From Podarcis gaigeae (taxonomy: Eukaryota), in assembly GCA_964106915.2 (NCBI GenBank), contig OZ066918.1: a stretch of DNA of 64,000 nt. One strand, given 5' to 3'. Every line of letters begins with the position of its first letter. The stretch's first letter is position 1. The notes beneath the pieces are model-generated. The model was not told the DNA's origin and ran no database searches. It worked only from the letters and a program-made list of their open reading frames with translations. The position numbers were made by a program, and so were the translations under genes. This document shows positions 11,501-22,425 of this stretch, in pieces.

Positions 11501-14500
11501 TGCTCATCTCTGGGTTTTAAAAAGAGTTGAAATGCAGTGGAGACATCTAGGTATCCATTTAGTTCAGTGAAGCAAAGGATTCCCAGGAGGTAGATTGCTA
11601 TAGTAAGCTGAGTGGTTGTATTCCTACTTCAGCTGAAATTGCGTAATGGAGGAAGTAGCTCAGTAGCAGAGCACATGCTATACATGCCAAAGGTCTGAGG
11701 TTCAATCCCCAGCATCTCCAGATAGATCTGGGAATATCCCTTGCCTGGAACCCGGGAGAGCTGCTGTCCATCTTTGTAGATAATACGCTTGTGAAAAACT
11801 CTCCCCAAGGAGCCCATCTGGTGCCTTCATTACATATCTTTAGGCACCAGGCAAAAATGTTTCTCTATAACCAGGCCTTTGGCTGATTGAACATTCTATT
11901 GTCTTTAAAAGGTGTTTGTGGGTTAAAGGTGTTTGTGTGTGTTTTATTATGTATTTTGTGTTCTCATTTTGTATTTTTATGTTGCGAAGTATCCTAATAC
12001 CAATACCAATACCAAATCATACAGTTCTGAAGCAGTAAATGCCTTGAATAACAGAAAGGAATGGGGAAGTGGGTGTCTTCTTTTCATTTTATTTGAGAAT
12101 GTAAGAATTGCCTTGAAGGCTTACAATGCTCTCCTGATACAGTTGATTTTTTACATACAGGCTGACACTTGTGTACAAGGTGTTTACCTTGCAATAAGTG
12201 AGAAGTATGCCCATTGCAATAAGTGAGAAGTATGCCCATGCAGGGGACGCAGGTGGCGCTGTGGGTTAAAGCCTCAGCGACTAGGACTTGCCGATCGAAA
12301 GGTCGGCGGTTCGAATCCCTGCAGCGGGGTGCGCTCCCGCTGCTCGGTCCCAGCGCCTGCCAACCTAGCAGTTCGAAAGCACCTAAATAGGGACCGCTTA
12401 CCAGCGGGAAGGTAAACGGCGTTTCCGTGTGCGGCTCTGGCTCGCCAGAGCAGCGATGTCACGCTGGCCACGTGACCCGGAAGTGTCTCCGGACAGCGCT
12501 GGCCCCTGGCCTCTTAAGTGAAATGGGCGCACAACCCCAGAGTCTGTCAAGACTGGCCCGTACGGGCAGGGGTACCTTTACCTTTATCCTGTGATCTTCT
12601 AACAAAGGGTGGTATACAAATTTAATTAAAAATAATACTGAGCTATATGGACCAATGGTCTGACTCTGTATAAGGCAGCTTCTTATGTTCCTACGGGCAC
12701 ATTTTAGAAATGAGCTGTAAGATCACTGTCAAAAGTAGTATGTGCTTTATAATTTCTTTTGCAAAGAGACTACAAGTGTGAGGTGCATAGTCCTAATTAT
12801 TCCTCAAGACATAGCTGATTCTGCCATTCTTAATCCTCACTCCGTTATATAAGCTAACAGAGTAGGACAGAAAAGTCCTTCTGCTTTTGTTTAGCTATTC
12901 TGTCCTGGCAATGTGGGTAGGGACAGAGGGGATTTGCTTGCATAGGGGGGGAACAGGTGTGTGTGTGTGTGTGTGTGTAAATCAGGCCTCAGATACTTAT
13001 TCACATTCTTCCTTCTTTCAGACTCAGAATTTGATCGCTTTGTAGGGCCACCTGGGCCACCAGGCCCACCAGGCAGTGCACTTTCCTCCATCACTGCAGA
13101 GGACATCTCCGCCTACTTACAAAGTAAATATGGTTTGCCATACTCTGCGCTTGGGTACCTTGTAGGAGTCTGGGATTTCTTGTGGTGGGTGGGGAGTTGT
13201 TGGGCTTTCTAGGACAGAGTAAAGAATTTGATCCACGTTCAATATGCAGCAATTCAGTGAATCCCAATATCGTAAGATCTGGGTGTGTTCGTCATCACCA
13301 GCAAAGGATGCTAGTGACAAAATAGTATGGTCAACCAGCTGATCTAAAATTCTGCTGGTAGCTCCCTAAAATGAAAGCTATGTGATACTTTGACCTTCCT
13401 TGCTAACAGGGTAAAAGGGTGTCATCACCCCACCCTGCTGCCAAAAAATTAATGATACTGAATCAAAAATTACAAAGGTATAAAATAGCATGCCATCTGG
13501 ACATGCCAATGAAATTGTTTTTAAATGTAATGGTGGCTATTTGCATATGATTGTGCTGTTAGAATTGGGGGGGGGGGACGACATAGGGGAAAGAATTCAA
13601 GCAAAGGGTCTGCTTGCAGTTTCTTAAAAAGCACATTATTAACCCAGTTTCTTCTTCTTCCAAGGTTTGGGGTACTTCACACTTTCTGGACCACCCGGAC
13701 CACCAGGTCCACCAGGCCCTCCAGGACCACCTGGCTTGTCAGGAAGTGGCCTTGTTTCCTATGGTGATGATCTTTGGACTGACCAGTTCAGAAGTGACTT
13801 GATTAAGTACCTTACTAGTAAGTCACATACGCAAAACCACTTCTACAATTTTGATTGCTATAACCAGCTGTTGCTCTTCTTGAAATTTCAAGTCTGGGCC
13901 TCATCCTGGCACTATGCCTAGGGCTGATCTCATAGCTCTTTTGTAGCAGCTGAGAAATGCTTACTACAGCTGCTATCCTGGACTGAAAAGTCCCTCAAGA
14001 AATCAAAAGTATTGAATATGGTTTTGTCTTAAGGTGGATCCTAAGATTTATTTCTGTTTAGTCATCTTTGACATGTCTCAAATATGGAAGGGACTTGTTA
14101 TTTAATTTGTGCTTGCTTTACTGGAACTAGAAGGTCTAAAAAAAAGCAGCTTAGCTGGTAGGGCATAACCTCTGACCATCAACTCAGTCTCAAGTAGCAT
14201 CCTCTTGCTTTAATGAAAAGCTTTCCAGAAATAGTTTCTCTTTGGGGCACTATGCTGCTCCAAGTTTACTAAAACTTGCATCCTGCTTCAGTAAACTTAA
14301 AGAGGCTTACATCAATATCATTAACATACTATCAGGTTCTTGCCTGTGGGTGGAATTGAGAGTGGATAAGCACTCCTGTTAGGAATAATGGGTGGAATTG
14401 GAAAGGCACTAGATCCTTCAGATCCCAGTGCTCCCTCTGCATGCCCCCAAACCGTCCCAACACATTTTAGTTTTGGGATGTCAAGAGTTCCAAAACTGAT

Positions 14501-15259
14501 AGGGCTGGGTTTGTGGAAGTTGTGGGGATGAAAGGAGGATTCAACATCAGAAGATCTGATGTATCGTGTGACCCTCTGAGATGCTGTCCCAGAGCACTCT
14601 TTGCTGGCTTCAGCACCCCTGTAGAACATTCCATTATAACTGGTGCAGCTCCATTAACACCCATTGCTGTGCTTTGTAGGTGACGATGTTCGTGGCATCA
14701 TCAGAGGACCCCCCGGGCCTCCAGGACCACCTGGTATAGGAGATGGCAGCTTGATGGCTGAATCTTACAGAAGGTCTCTAAATTCAGATGGGTCATATGG
14801 CAGGTCCGTAAGTTCTGCCACATCCTATGATGCATCACTTGCCACAGGGGGATCATACAGCAGCTCATTGGGAAGCAATGGAGCATATGGTGGATCTCTT
14901 GGAGCTGGTGGATCACTTGGAGCTGATGGATCATACGGTGGATCTCTTGGAGCTGATGGCTCTTATGGTGGATCTCTTGGAGCTGATGGTTCTTATGGTG
15001 AAGCGCTTGGAGCAGGTGGATCTTATGGTGCTGGAGCAGGTCGATCTTATGGTGCTGGAGCGGGTGGATCTTACGGTAGTTCAACTGGAGCAGGCGGATC
15101 ACAGATGAGATCTACAGGTGCAGGAGGATCCTATAGTGGATCATTTGCTGGGTCACTGGATTACAATGAGTTGGCAGCCAGAGTGTCAGAAAACATACAA
15201 AGTAAGTATATCCATATTTTACCCCATGCTATCTAAAGTGCTGTGGACTGTTTAGAGTA

Positions 15260-15332
<73 letters not shown>

Positions 15333-18300
15333 ATGAAATTGGGACGTAATTCTTAGACCATTAAGTACCGTAAGTTGTGTTCCACTCCTTTGAATATATG
15401 CAGTGTAGATTCCATGAGCTATTCTAAGGGAATATTCTTTTTTGAAATGACCCTAAAAGTGCACACATGAGAAATGTTAAATTGAAACGTGCTGTATGTA
15501 CCTCTGAGGGAAATCCCAGGAGCAGGCTCCTTCCTGGACTGCTAGATCTTGGATTATCACAGCAGAACAGTTTCATATAATATATGTGCTCAGCAGGATT
15601 GGTGCAAAAAGTTTCCCCAGAGGATCAAAACATTAAATCAGTTTCCTAACTTAGAATCCTTCACCAGCACTAGGGCTGATGTGAGTTGTAGGCCAAAACA
15701 TCTGGAGGGTACTAGGTTGGTGAAGGCTGAAGTACAATGCTTCAGCTATGGGCTGAGTCTTTTTCTGGAGTGTTACGGATGCTTTAAAAGTAGTACAGGA
15801 AAATGCCACAGCTTCAAAGTGCGGGGGGTGGGAAGAGATGCTTCATTGAGTTCTGACTTTGTAGCAAGGATGTAGAACTGGTGGCCCTCCTAATGTTCTG
15901 AACTGCAACTGCTATCATCTTTGTTCATTGACTATGCTAACTGGGACTGATCAGAATTAGGGGTTGCCTACCCCTGCTTTATCGAATGGGATTTTCACTG
16001 CTGGACACAAAGCATTTTGAAGAGCCAAGGGGTGAAATTGGTCACGTCAGCCTTCGTATACTCTATTTCAAATTTATGTTCTAATTTCCCAGGCCGAGGG
16101 CTTCTGCAGGACATGATGACTTATGCTGTACAAGGACCACCTGGGCCTCCAGGGCCTCCTGGCATTCCAGGCATCAGCAAAGTGTTTGCATCCTATGGCA
16201 ATATCACTGCGGACCTCATGGAATTCTTCAGAAGTAAGTCACATCCCAGTTGTCATTTTAATTTAGGATATACAGAGATTTTAAATGAAATGAAATACTG
16301 CAGCTGCTGCTTTACTGGGTAGGGAGTAGTTTAGGGACCACTCCAGATTAGTGGATTTTTTTTTTGGCAGGTGCATTCTGCAACATGTCGTTGATGCAAT
16401 AGTAGTGTGTTAATGGTGGATGCATACTGGACGGTCTACACATCATTCCCCTATACTGGTTGTTTTGCAATAATCCCTCAATGTTATACATTAGTGCCTT
16501 CTCAAGGGGCACTCTTGCCGTATATAGTGCAACCACAAAATAATAATATTCTTGGAATGTTTGTGGTACAGAAAGTTACAGGGTTTCAGCAGGAAGCTAT
16601 GGGACATGCACTGCCTGGAAACGAAGCAGTATGACATGCCAAAACTTTTGCAGGCACAAATGGTATTGAAAGTGGGATTGTGTGTAACTGCTGCAACAAC
16701 TTGATGAGTACAAATCATGATGAATGCTCAATAAAGAGGCAGTGTGTAGTAGAATATAGCCTTGTGACAACCTGCATTTCTACCCCATTAGAAGAGGAGG
16801 CAGTTCCTCAGATATGGCTTACCTTGATTTCATAACCTGGATCCTTCTGGCTTTGCAGTGTTGAATTACTTTGCTAAATGGGCCAAAAGCACAGAGCTTT
16901 TCATTATGGACGTTCTTATATTTACAATAAGAGCAGATATCCACAAACATGATGTTGTTTGTTTTCTACAGCTTATGGAACTATCCCAGGTGCACCTGGA
17001 CAGAAAGGAGAGATAGGATTCCCAGGACCCAAAGGTAAGAAGTTGGATGCCACACTTGCCAACTTGAGAATCCAGGAGGGAGGCAGGGAGATGGATGGCT
17101 CCTCCCCCTGTACAAGTAGCCTCCATGGCTAGTCTGACATGGTGTCATAGAATCATAGAATTGTAATTAGGAAAGGATCCAGAGGAATCTCAGCTAGATC
17201 ATACATCTGCTTAAAAACCTCAGAGGGTGAGTCCACCACCTCTTGTGGAGACCTGTCAAACAGCTCTTACTGTCAGAAAGTTCTTCCTAATGTTTAGTCG
17301 GAATCTCTTTTCTTGTAACATGGAGGTTTGGGTTCGGGTCCTGGCCTCTGGAACAGGAGAAAACAAGCTTGCATCATCCTCTATGTGGCAGCCCTTGAGA
17401 TATTTGAAGCTGGCCATCTTAAGAGCAGCAATCCTTTTTGGGAGCTTGCAAAGCAGCCCTGTCCTGCTGGTGTGGGCGGATGCTGAATTTCCTTTGTTTA
17501 ATCCTGCCTGTGAACAAGTTTGCATATTCTGGCTACCTGCCTGTTCCCAGGCAGGAGTTCCTACTTTTAAATGCTGATATGCTTGTTACCTAACAGAGGT
17601 GTGCCTGCTCAGCTTTTAAGCATTTTTTCCCCCAAAGCATTGTTAATAAGTTGCTGCAGAAACAGCTTAGAGTCTTGTGATAAAGACACAGGCTGCATGC
17701 ATACCATACATTTAAAGCAGATTTTAATTGCAAGGCTTACACCAAAGAATTCTGGGAACTATAATTTGCCCCTCAGAAAGCTATGATTTCAAGATGCTTG
17801 GCAAACTGCAGCTTCCAGGATTCTTTGGGAATCATGTGCTTTAAATGTGCATTGAATGTGCTTTAAGTGTACATCTGCCCCTTGCACCAACTGTGTTGGC
17901 ATAAAAATACCAATCTGTATCCTTCCCCATATCTTAATCTGGGTTTAGCGTTTCCATGGAAAATCTGGTAAGATTTTTTAAAAAATTGTTTCCAGCTGTC
18001 CATTTGCAATGTTTAGCCCACATTTGGAAGTTTCCAAAGTAAAAATAGTACAGGGTGTTTTTAACCCTTTAATTGCTGTATTAATTAAACTTAATCCTTT
18101 TCCTACAAAGGCAAAGTCCTGGGACACCTTAGATATGAATTTATCTCAGAACTAGCATTTGTGAACAAGAGTTTACCTTATCATTTGTATGAAATAGAAA
18201 ATATATCTCTCACACACAAATGTTTAATCTGAACTTGCAGAAAACAAATAATTATTTGATAGAAGAGATAATTGAATTCAGCTGACATCACTAAGGTTCC

Positions 18301-19726
18301 CATTAATGTATCTAAATTGCTGTTTTCTGAACACTTTCACAACATAGTCACTAATGTGTCACGCAGGTTGTTTGCTAAAGAAAGAAAATCTGGGAGGAGC
18401 GCCATTTTAAACTACACACATTTTTCTGATTCAGTTTACATATACAGGAATTTTTTTAAAAAAACTTTGTTTCACTTCTTCCATTTGTTAGGCATTATAA
18501 GGTGGTTATTATGGGCTTGGTCTACTGAGGATTCAGACAAAGCCTAACTGTTGCCACAATGGATGATTATCTTGCTGTAACCATATTGTTTTCTGTATCT
18601 GGATAGTTAAGATTCTCTCTGTAAAATGCTATTTGAAAATGTGTGCATTTCACCTTAATTTTTGAATAGTAACATGTGCCATAGATGTCCGGCACCCCCG
18701 AGTGAATGAGCACGTTCTGTAGAGAAATTATCCTCACGGGACTAGCCCAACTACGCAAATGACAGACTTGCATCATTTGGCCATGTTGTGTGTGATCTGA
18801 GAAATATGCTTCATCATTCTCTATGGCATACTTGGGATAACGCATGGGGTCAGCTTTGGAAGATGCACTCTTCAAGAAGTGGGCCTGTGTTGTAGTTGAA
18901 CTATTTTAAATGAGTAGCAATCTCAATCGAGTAAAATATCATTTCTCTTTCCTCTGCTAGGTGACATAGGACCAATGGGCCCCCCAGGCCGCCAAGGCCC
19001 AAGAGGACCAAGGGGTGAAAAGGGCGAGAAAGGTATTTGTTTTTCAAATTAGAAAGGAGTGTATTTTGGATTTGACCAGTACCATGATGGGGAAGCCTAG
19101 CGCAGGTCCAAGCATGAAGACTTAGCGTTTGTCATAGTTCTAGTGTAGTCACCTGTATTGTGAGAGTCAACCTTCCCCCACTTTTTTCAGAGACCCATAC
19201 ATAGGCAATGGCCTCAAGCAAAGTTTATTTATTTTATCCTGCTTCTCAGACAACTGGTGTCTCCCAAAGTGGATTACGTAAATGAAAAGAAGAACCTGCA
19301 ATTAAGTTTACAAATGAAAAAAACACAACACACAATGGAAGGGGAATTGAGGGAAGAGGCTGAGGATGTGGCCAGATTGATCTTCCCTTGCTTGAATAGC
19401 GGCTGATAGCTTCTGTTCCTGTGGCTGCAGTCACGAGTATCCTTGCTTGCTTCTGCAGTCCCAGGACAGTTGGAGCCAAGTGGTCTTTCAGGCAGCTCCT
19501 TCCTTGGCCTCCCCATCCTGAGGGACAGTTGGAAGTGCAGTGGTTCTTGTTCCATGGCAAATGGCAGAGGCCAAAGTGCGCTGCTCTTTAGTTCCTAACA
19601 GTAGCATGAAAGTTGGGAAAATGTGTACTTGTACCTGTAAAGTAACACTTTCTTCATCTTATTCCATCTCTCTTAGGTGAAGCAGTGTATGTTGGCCGAA
19701 GGAAAAGGAGAAGCATTGGGGTCTAA
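164..19726 (+). CDS. COL17A1: Collagen type XVII alpha 1 (BP180), 3' part; 20 exons in window, 5' part upstream
   Basis: Exons 164-199, 1112-1147, 1259-1339, 2576-2611, 4366-4449, 5864-5917, 6847-6888, 7831-7872, 8399-8464, 9084-9125, 9525-9647, 10298-10423, 10512-10649, 13022-13123, 13665-13817, 14680-15201, 16093-16233, 16972-17034, 18961-19032, 19677-19726. All AG/GT-bounded and phase 1; they splice to one open frame (2009 nt) of interrupted Gly-X-Y with COL17-specific segments ([40 protein letters not shown]). Confidence 0.97.
1112..1147 (+). CDS. COL17A1: COL17A1 exon ([12 protein letters not shown])
   Basis: cag|...|gtatgt, 36 nt. Confidence 0.92.
1259..1339 (+). CDS. COL17A1: COL17A1 exon ([27 protein letters not shown])
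   Basis: cag|...|gtgaga, 81 nt. Confidence 0.93.
1975..2008. repeat. (CA)n microsatellite
   Basis: Direct observation. Confidence 0.95.
2576..2611 (+). CDS. COL17A1: COL17A1 exon ([12 protein letters not shown])
   Basis: aag|...|gtaata, 36 nt. Confidence 0.9.
3342..3572. mobile_element. Tc1/mariner-superfamily (Tigger/pogo-like) MITE
   Basis: TIR CAGTGGTA(C/T)CTC...GAGGTACCACTG with TA on both sides; same family at 22013 and 37207. Confidence 0.85.
4366..4449 (+). CDS. COL17A1: COL17A1 exon ([28 protein letters not shown])
   Basis: cag|...|gtagag, 84 nt, frame-preserving, starts with Gly-X-Y. Confidence 0.85.
5475..5524. repeat. (CTT)n microsatellite
   Basis: Direct observation. Confidence 0.95.
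5864..5917 (+). CDS. COL17A1: COL17A1 exon ([18 protein letters not shown])
   Basis: tag|...|gtatag, 54 nt. Confidence 0.92.
6847..6888 (+). CDS. COL17A1: COL17A1 exon ([14 protein letters not shown])
   Basis: cag|...|gtaaaa, 42 nt. Confidence 0.9.
7831..7872 (+). CDS. COL17A1: COL17A1 exon ([14 protein letters not shown])
   Basis: cag|...|gtgagt, 42 nt. Confidence 0.92.
8399..8464 (+). CDS. COL17A1: COL17A1 exon ([22 protein letters not shown])
   Basis: cag|...|gtttgt, 66 nt. Confidence 0.92.
8684..9030. mobile_element. Probable degenerate hAT-type non-autonomous element
   Basis: Starts CAGCAGTGGGGAACC...TGTGGCCC, similar to the start at ~57391; boundaries approximate. Confidence 0.4.
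9084..9125 (+). CDS. COL17A1: COL17A1 exon ([14 protein letters not shown])
   Basis: tag|...|gtaaga, 42 nt. Confidence 0.92.
9525..9647 (+). CDS. COL17A1: COL17A1 exon ([14 protein letters not shown]...[10 protein letters not shown])
   Basis: cag|...|gtaagt, 123 nt. Confidence 0.92.
10298..10423 (+). CDS. COL17A1: COL17A1 exon ([12 protein letters not shown]...[15 protein letters not shown])
   Basis: tag|...|gtaagc, 126 nt. Confidence 0.93.
10512..10649 (+). CDS. COL17A1: COL17A1 exon ([13 protein letters not shown]...[15 protein letters not shown])
   Basis: tag|...|gtaatg, 138 nt. Confidence 0.93.
11787..12631 (+). mobile_element. L2-type LINE 3' fragment, itself interrupted at 11996-12584
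   Basis: CCAGGCCTTTGGCTGA...GTGATCTTCTAACAAAGGGTGGTATACAAATTTAAT resembles copies at 44505 and 56345. Confidence 0.65.
12242..12586 (+). mobile_element. Sauria SINE, full length, CpG-rich (young)
   Basis: GGGACGCAGGTGGCGCTGTGGGTTAAA head, box B GGTTCGAATCC, (ACCTTT)n tail. Confidence 0.92.
13022..13123 (+). CDS. COL17A1: COL17A1 exon ([12 protein letters not shown]...AEDISAYLQ)
   Basis: cag|...|gtaaat, 102 nt. Confidence 0.93.
13665..13817 (+). CDS. COL17A1: COL17A1 exon ([12 protein letters not shown]...[10 protein letters not shown])
   Basis: aag|...|gtaagt, 153 nt. Confidence 0.92.
14680..15201 (+). CDS. COL17A1: COL17A1 large exon encoding the Gly/Ser-rich NC4 region
   Basis: tag|...|gtaagt, 522 nt; [13 protein letters not shown]...([10 protein letters not shown])n...[15 protein letters not shown]. 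Confidence 0.95.
15264..15329. repeat. (GT)n(GA)n compound microsatellite
   Basis: Direct observation. Confidence 0.95.
16093..16233 (+). CDS. COL17A1: COL17A1 exon ([18 protein letters not shown]...[13 protein letters not shown]), with N-glycosylation sequon NIT
   Basis: cag|...|gtaagt, 141 nt. Confidence 0.95.
16972..17034 (+). CDS. COL17A1: COL17A1 exon ([21 protein letters not shown])
   Basis: cag|...|gtaaga, 63 nt. Confidence 0.93.
17146..17420 (-). mobile_element. CR1 LINE 3' fragment
   Basis: ORF2 end ...FKYLKGCH...[17 protein letters not shown] and (ATTCTATG)n tail. Confidence 0.85.
18961..19032 (+). CDS. COL17A1: COL17A1 exon ([24 protein letters not shown])
   Basis: tag|...|gtattt, 72 nt. 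Confidence 0.93.
19677..19726 (+). CDS. COL17A1: COL17A1 last coding exon ([16 protein letters not shown])
   Basis: tag| acceptor, TAA at 19724-19726; basic C-terminus like human GDQVYAGRRRRRSIAVKP. Confidence 0.94.
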
Positions 19727-21590
19727 TCTAAGAACACAAATTTGAGCAGAAGATTTCTCAGCTGCTTATGGTTGCTTTTTTATCTCAGTGGAGACAAAAC
19801 CCCCGTTTCCAGTGACTTCCAGCAAGTGACGACTAACACTTGGTACTTTGGGAATGGTTTTCATAACATTTTATCTTATTTATAAGATATGGGTGGCTTC
19901 CAGTAGTACATATTGAACTAATGGCTCATTTGCTTGTTGTCCCATATGAATTGGCTGGAACAGAGTATAGCCCTCATCTAAACCCAAGGATTTTATAACA
20001 GCATAGCCTCAAAAGTTGTAACTTACTCCCCAGGAAACTCACACTTTAGTTTCTCTGGATGAAGATTAGCATGAGAAATCTTAAACAGAAACTCAACCTA
20101 AGTTGAAAGGATTGGAGTCAGAGGTTATGTATCTTCCTTTGAAGTAGGAGAAAGCATATCCAAAATAATCAAGAATATGGATTTAAGAGTAAAGGCTATG
20201 CCAGTTGTGATAATACTCAACTATATGCTAGCAGGATGCATAACCATAGGCTACACTTTATTATTATTAAATCCACTTAATCTGTTATAAAATGCATTGC
20301 AAAAATGTGAAGGACCTTGGGGCTGTTAGTATATAAGCACTTTGTTGGAAACAATTTTTAAAATGTCTGCTGTGGTTTTAATTACTATAAAAGTGCCTTT
20401 TTAATATAAAGCTTCCTGATTAGAGCTTGTTTACACTCTAGCCTCACTTCAACAGAAACCAGACACTGAAGTATTATGACAGACAAAGTCAGGGAAGCTT
20501 ATGCATATAAGTACAGCAGCCTGCCCACCTTCAAAAGTGAGCAGTTTTATCTATGACCATTTCTTCCTCTACTGCCTGCTTGCAGTGAGCTTCTCCTAAG
20601 CCATCTGTTGTTTTTAAGGTGCGGCAATCCCTATTAGCATAGAATGATGTGCAGCAAGGGGAATTTAGGCAACATGCCCGAGTCTGTGCAAAGTCAATAA
20701 AGTTTATTTTCATGTGTCCTAAATCATATCAACATATCAAGAAACTAATGTTGTATAGTGTGAATACTCTATCCCGTTATTATACATGCGATCATGGCAG
20801 CAATAAAGTGATAGCTAAGTCTGGAGGGACATGTTTTTGGGCCATAGGAAATTTATCAATGTAAATCCTGATGTTGCGACACATCTCAAGATGTTACGGA
20901 ATTGTAATTTGTTAAAAACATTGCTGGATATAGGTCAACCTTAATTCCTCCATTTGCTTCAAGATACAAATTTAGTGTTCCATAACTGATAGCAAAAGAT
21001 TCAGAATTTAGCTAAGAGATCAAGGAAGATCAAATTAGAAAAATTAACACCAGTGCTAGAAATACACATTTCCTGGACAGGTTACCTATTGCCTCCATCC
21101 TTATCAAACATGTAAGTAGAAATTGATAGCTGCAGTTCGCCATCTTGTGAAATAAAAACCAGTTTTCTACAATACAAAGAGGTAGATAGTTGCATGGCTT
21201 TCTGGTGTGACCTAAGACTTCCACTAAATGTGTCCAGTGGGGCTTCGAACTTTTTTCTCCATGAATTCCAACATACCTAGGTAGCTAATCAAAATTAGTT
21301 TGTGACATGGTACTGAGCTTGGGAGCTGTTTGCTAAGGGACTTAGAATTACATATAAGCCCTTAAGTGCACTAATTATGTCTGGATCTGTGACCCTTGAC
21401 ATGATGACTTGTGCTCAAGGGATTCCAAACAGGGTAAGATGAATTTCCTGTAACTGGCATACTGTTTCTCTGGTTTTGCAACTTTGGAACAAACATCATA
21501 TTAAATAGTATTTTCAACCGATCAAGCAATTGGTTGTGCATTTAAACCAGCTGAATCTGTTACTGAGACATTTACTTTTTTAAAAATAAA
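19727..21590 (+). other. COL17A1: COL17A1 3' UTR; candidate poly(A) signals AATAAA at 20696, 20802, 21151, 21585
   Basis: Largely repeat-free sequence after the stop; which hexamer is used cannot be determined from sequence. Confidence 0.5.
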
Positions 21591-21860
21591 GTTACTTCCA
21601 ATGTGTTAAGTTTCTTTCTTCCTCTCTCCCATGAGCTGTGTGGTTTACACTATGTTTCCTGATATGCTTGCATATTATACAGGTAGGCAAGGGTGAGTCA
21701 TTTGGTAGATGAATGGAAAAAATGTGTTTCCCTCTTTCAAACCCCATTTTGTTTTGATACAAAGTGCCCATGTTTCTTCTTAACATTATCTTTCAAGTGC
21801 AATGCTATACATAGCTGCTGAGAACTCCTGTTTAGCTTAGTGGGATTTACTTCCAGCTAA

Positions 21861-22425
21861 GGGACATGGGTGGCGCTGCGGTTTAAACCACTGTGCTGCT
21901 TGGACTTGCCGATTGGAAGGTTGGCGGTTTGAGGCCCCACAACAGGATGAGCTCCCGTTGTTTGGTCCCAGCTCCTGCCAACCTAGCAGTTCGAAAGCAC
22001 GCAGTGCAAGTACAGTGGTACCTCAGGTTAAGTACTTAATTCGTTCCAGAGGTCCGTTCTTAACCTGAAGCACCACTTTAGCTAATGGGGCCTCCCACTG
22101 TCACCACGCTTTCTGTTCTCATCCTGAAGCAAAGTTCTTAACTTGAGGTACTATTTCTGGGTTAGTGGAGTCTGTAACCTGAAGCGTCTGTAACCCGAGG
22201 TACCACTGTAGATAAATAGGTACTGCTCCAGCAGGAAGGTAAACAGTGTGTCTGTGCGCTGCTCTGGTGTCACCAGGGGCGGCTTACGTCATCCTGGCCA
22301 CATGACTTGGAAAAACTGTGGAAGCGGACAAATGCCGGCTCCTTCAGCCTGTAAAGCGAGATGGGCGCCACAACCCCAGAGTCGTTCGCGACTGGACTTA
22401 ATTGTCAGTGGTCCCTTTACCTTTA
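21861..22425 (+). mobile_element. Sauria SINE interrupted by a MITE
   Basis: Head GGGACATGGGTGGCGCTG, tail CCTTTACCTTTA; halves rejoin as GTGCAAGTAGATAAATAGGTAC. Confidence 0.9.
22013..22208. mobile_element. Same MITE, opposite orientation, inserted in a Sauria SINE
   Basis: TA-CAGTGGTACCTC...GAGGTACCACTG-TA. Confidence 0.88.

Larger units (their letters stand above)
11648..12693 (+). mobile_element. tRNA-derived SINE split in two (11648-11786 and 12632-12693) by nested insertions
   Basis: Head with box A TAGCTCAGTAG and box B GGTTCAATCCC ending CATCTCCA; body resumes ACTGAGCTATATGGACCAATGGTCTGACTC...TATGTTCCTA; ATAATAC duplicated at the breakpoints. Confidence 0.72.

Noticed and set aside
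11648-11720. tRNA-Ala-like sequence
   Set aside because: Stems and anticodon are degenerate and it continues into a SINE body; it is a SINE head, not a tRNA gene.
14701-15108. Repetitive ORFs in other frames (HQLQEI.., VDLLEL..)
   Set aside because: Alternate-frame readouts of the COL17A1 coding repeat.
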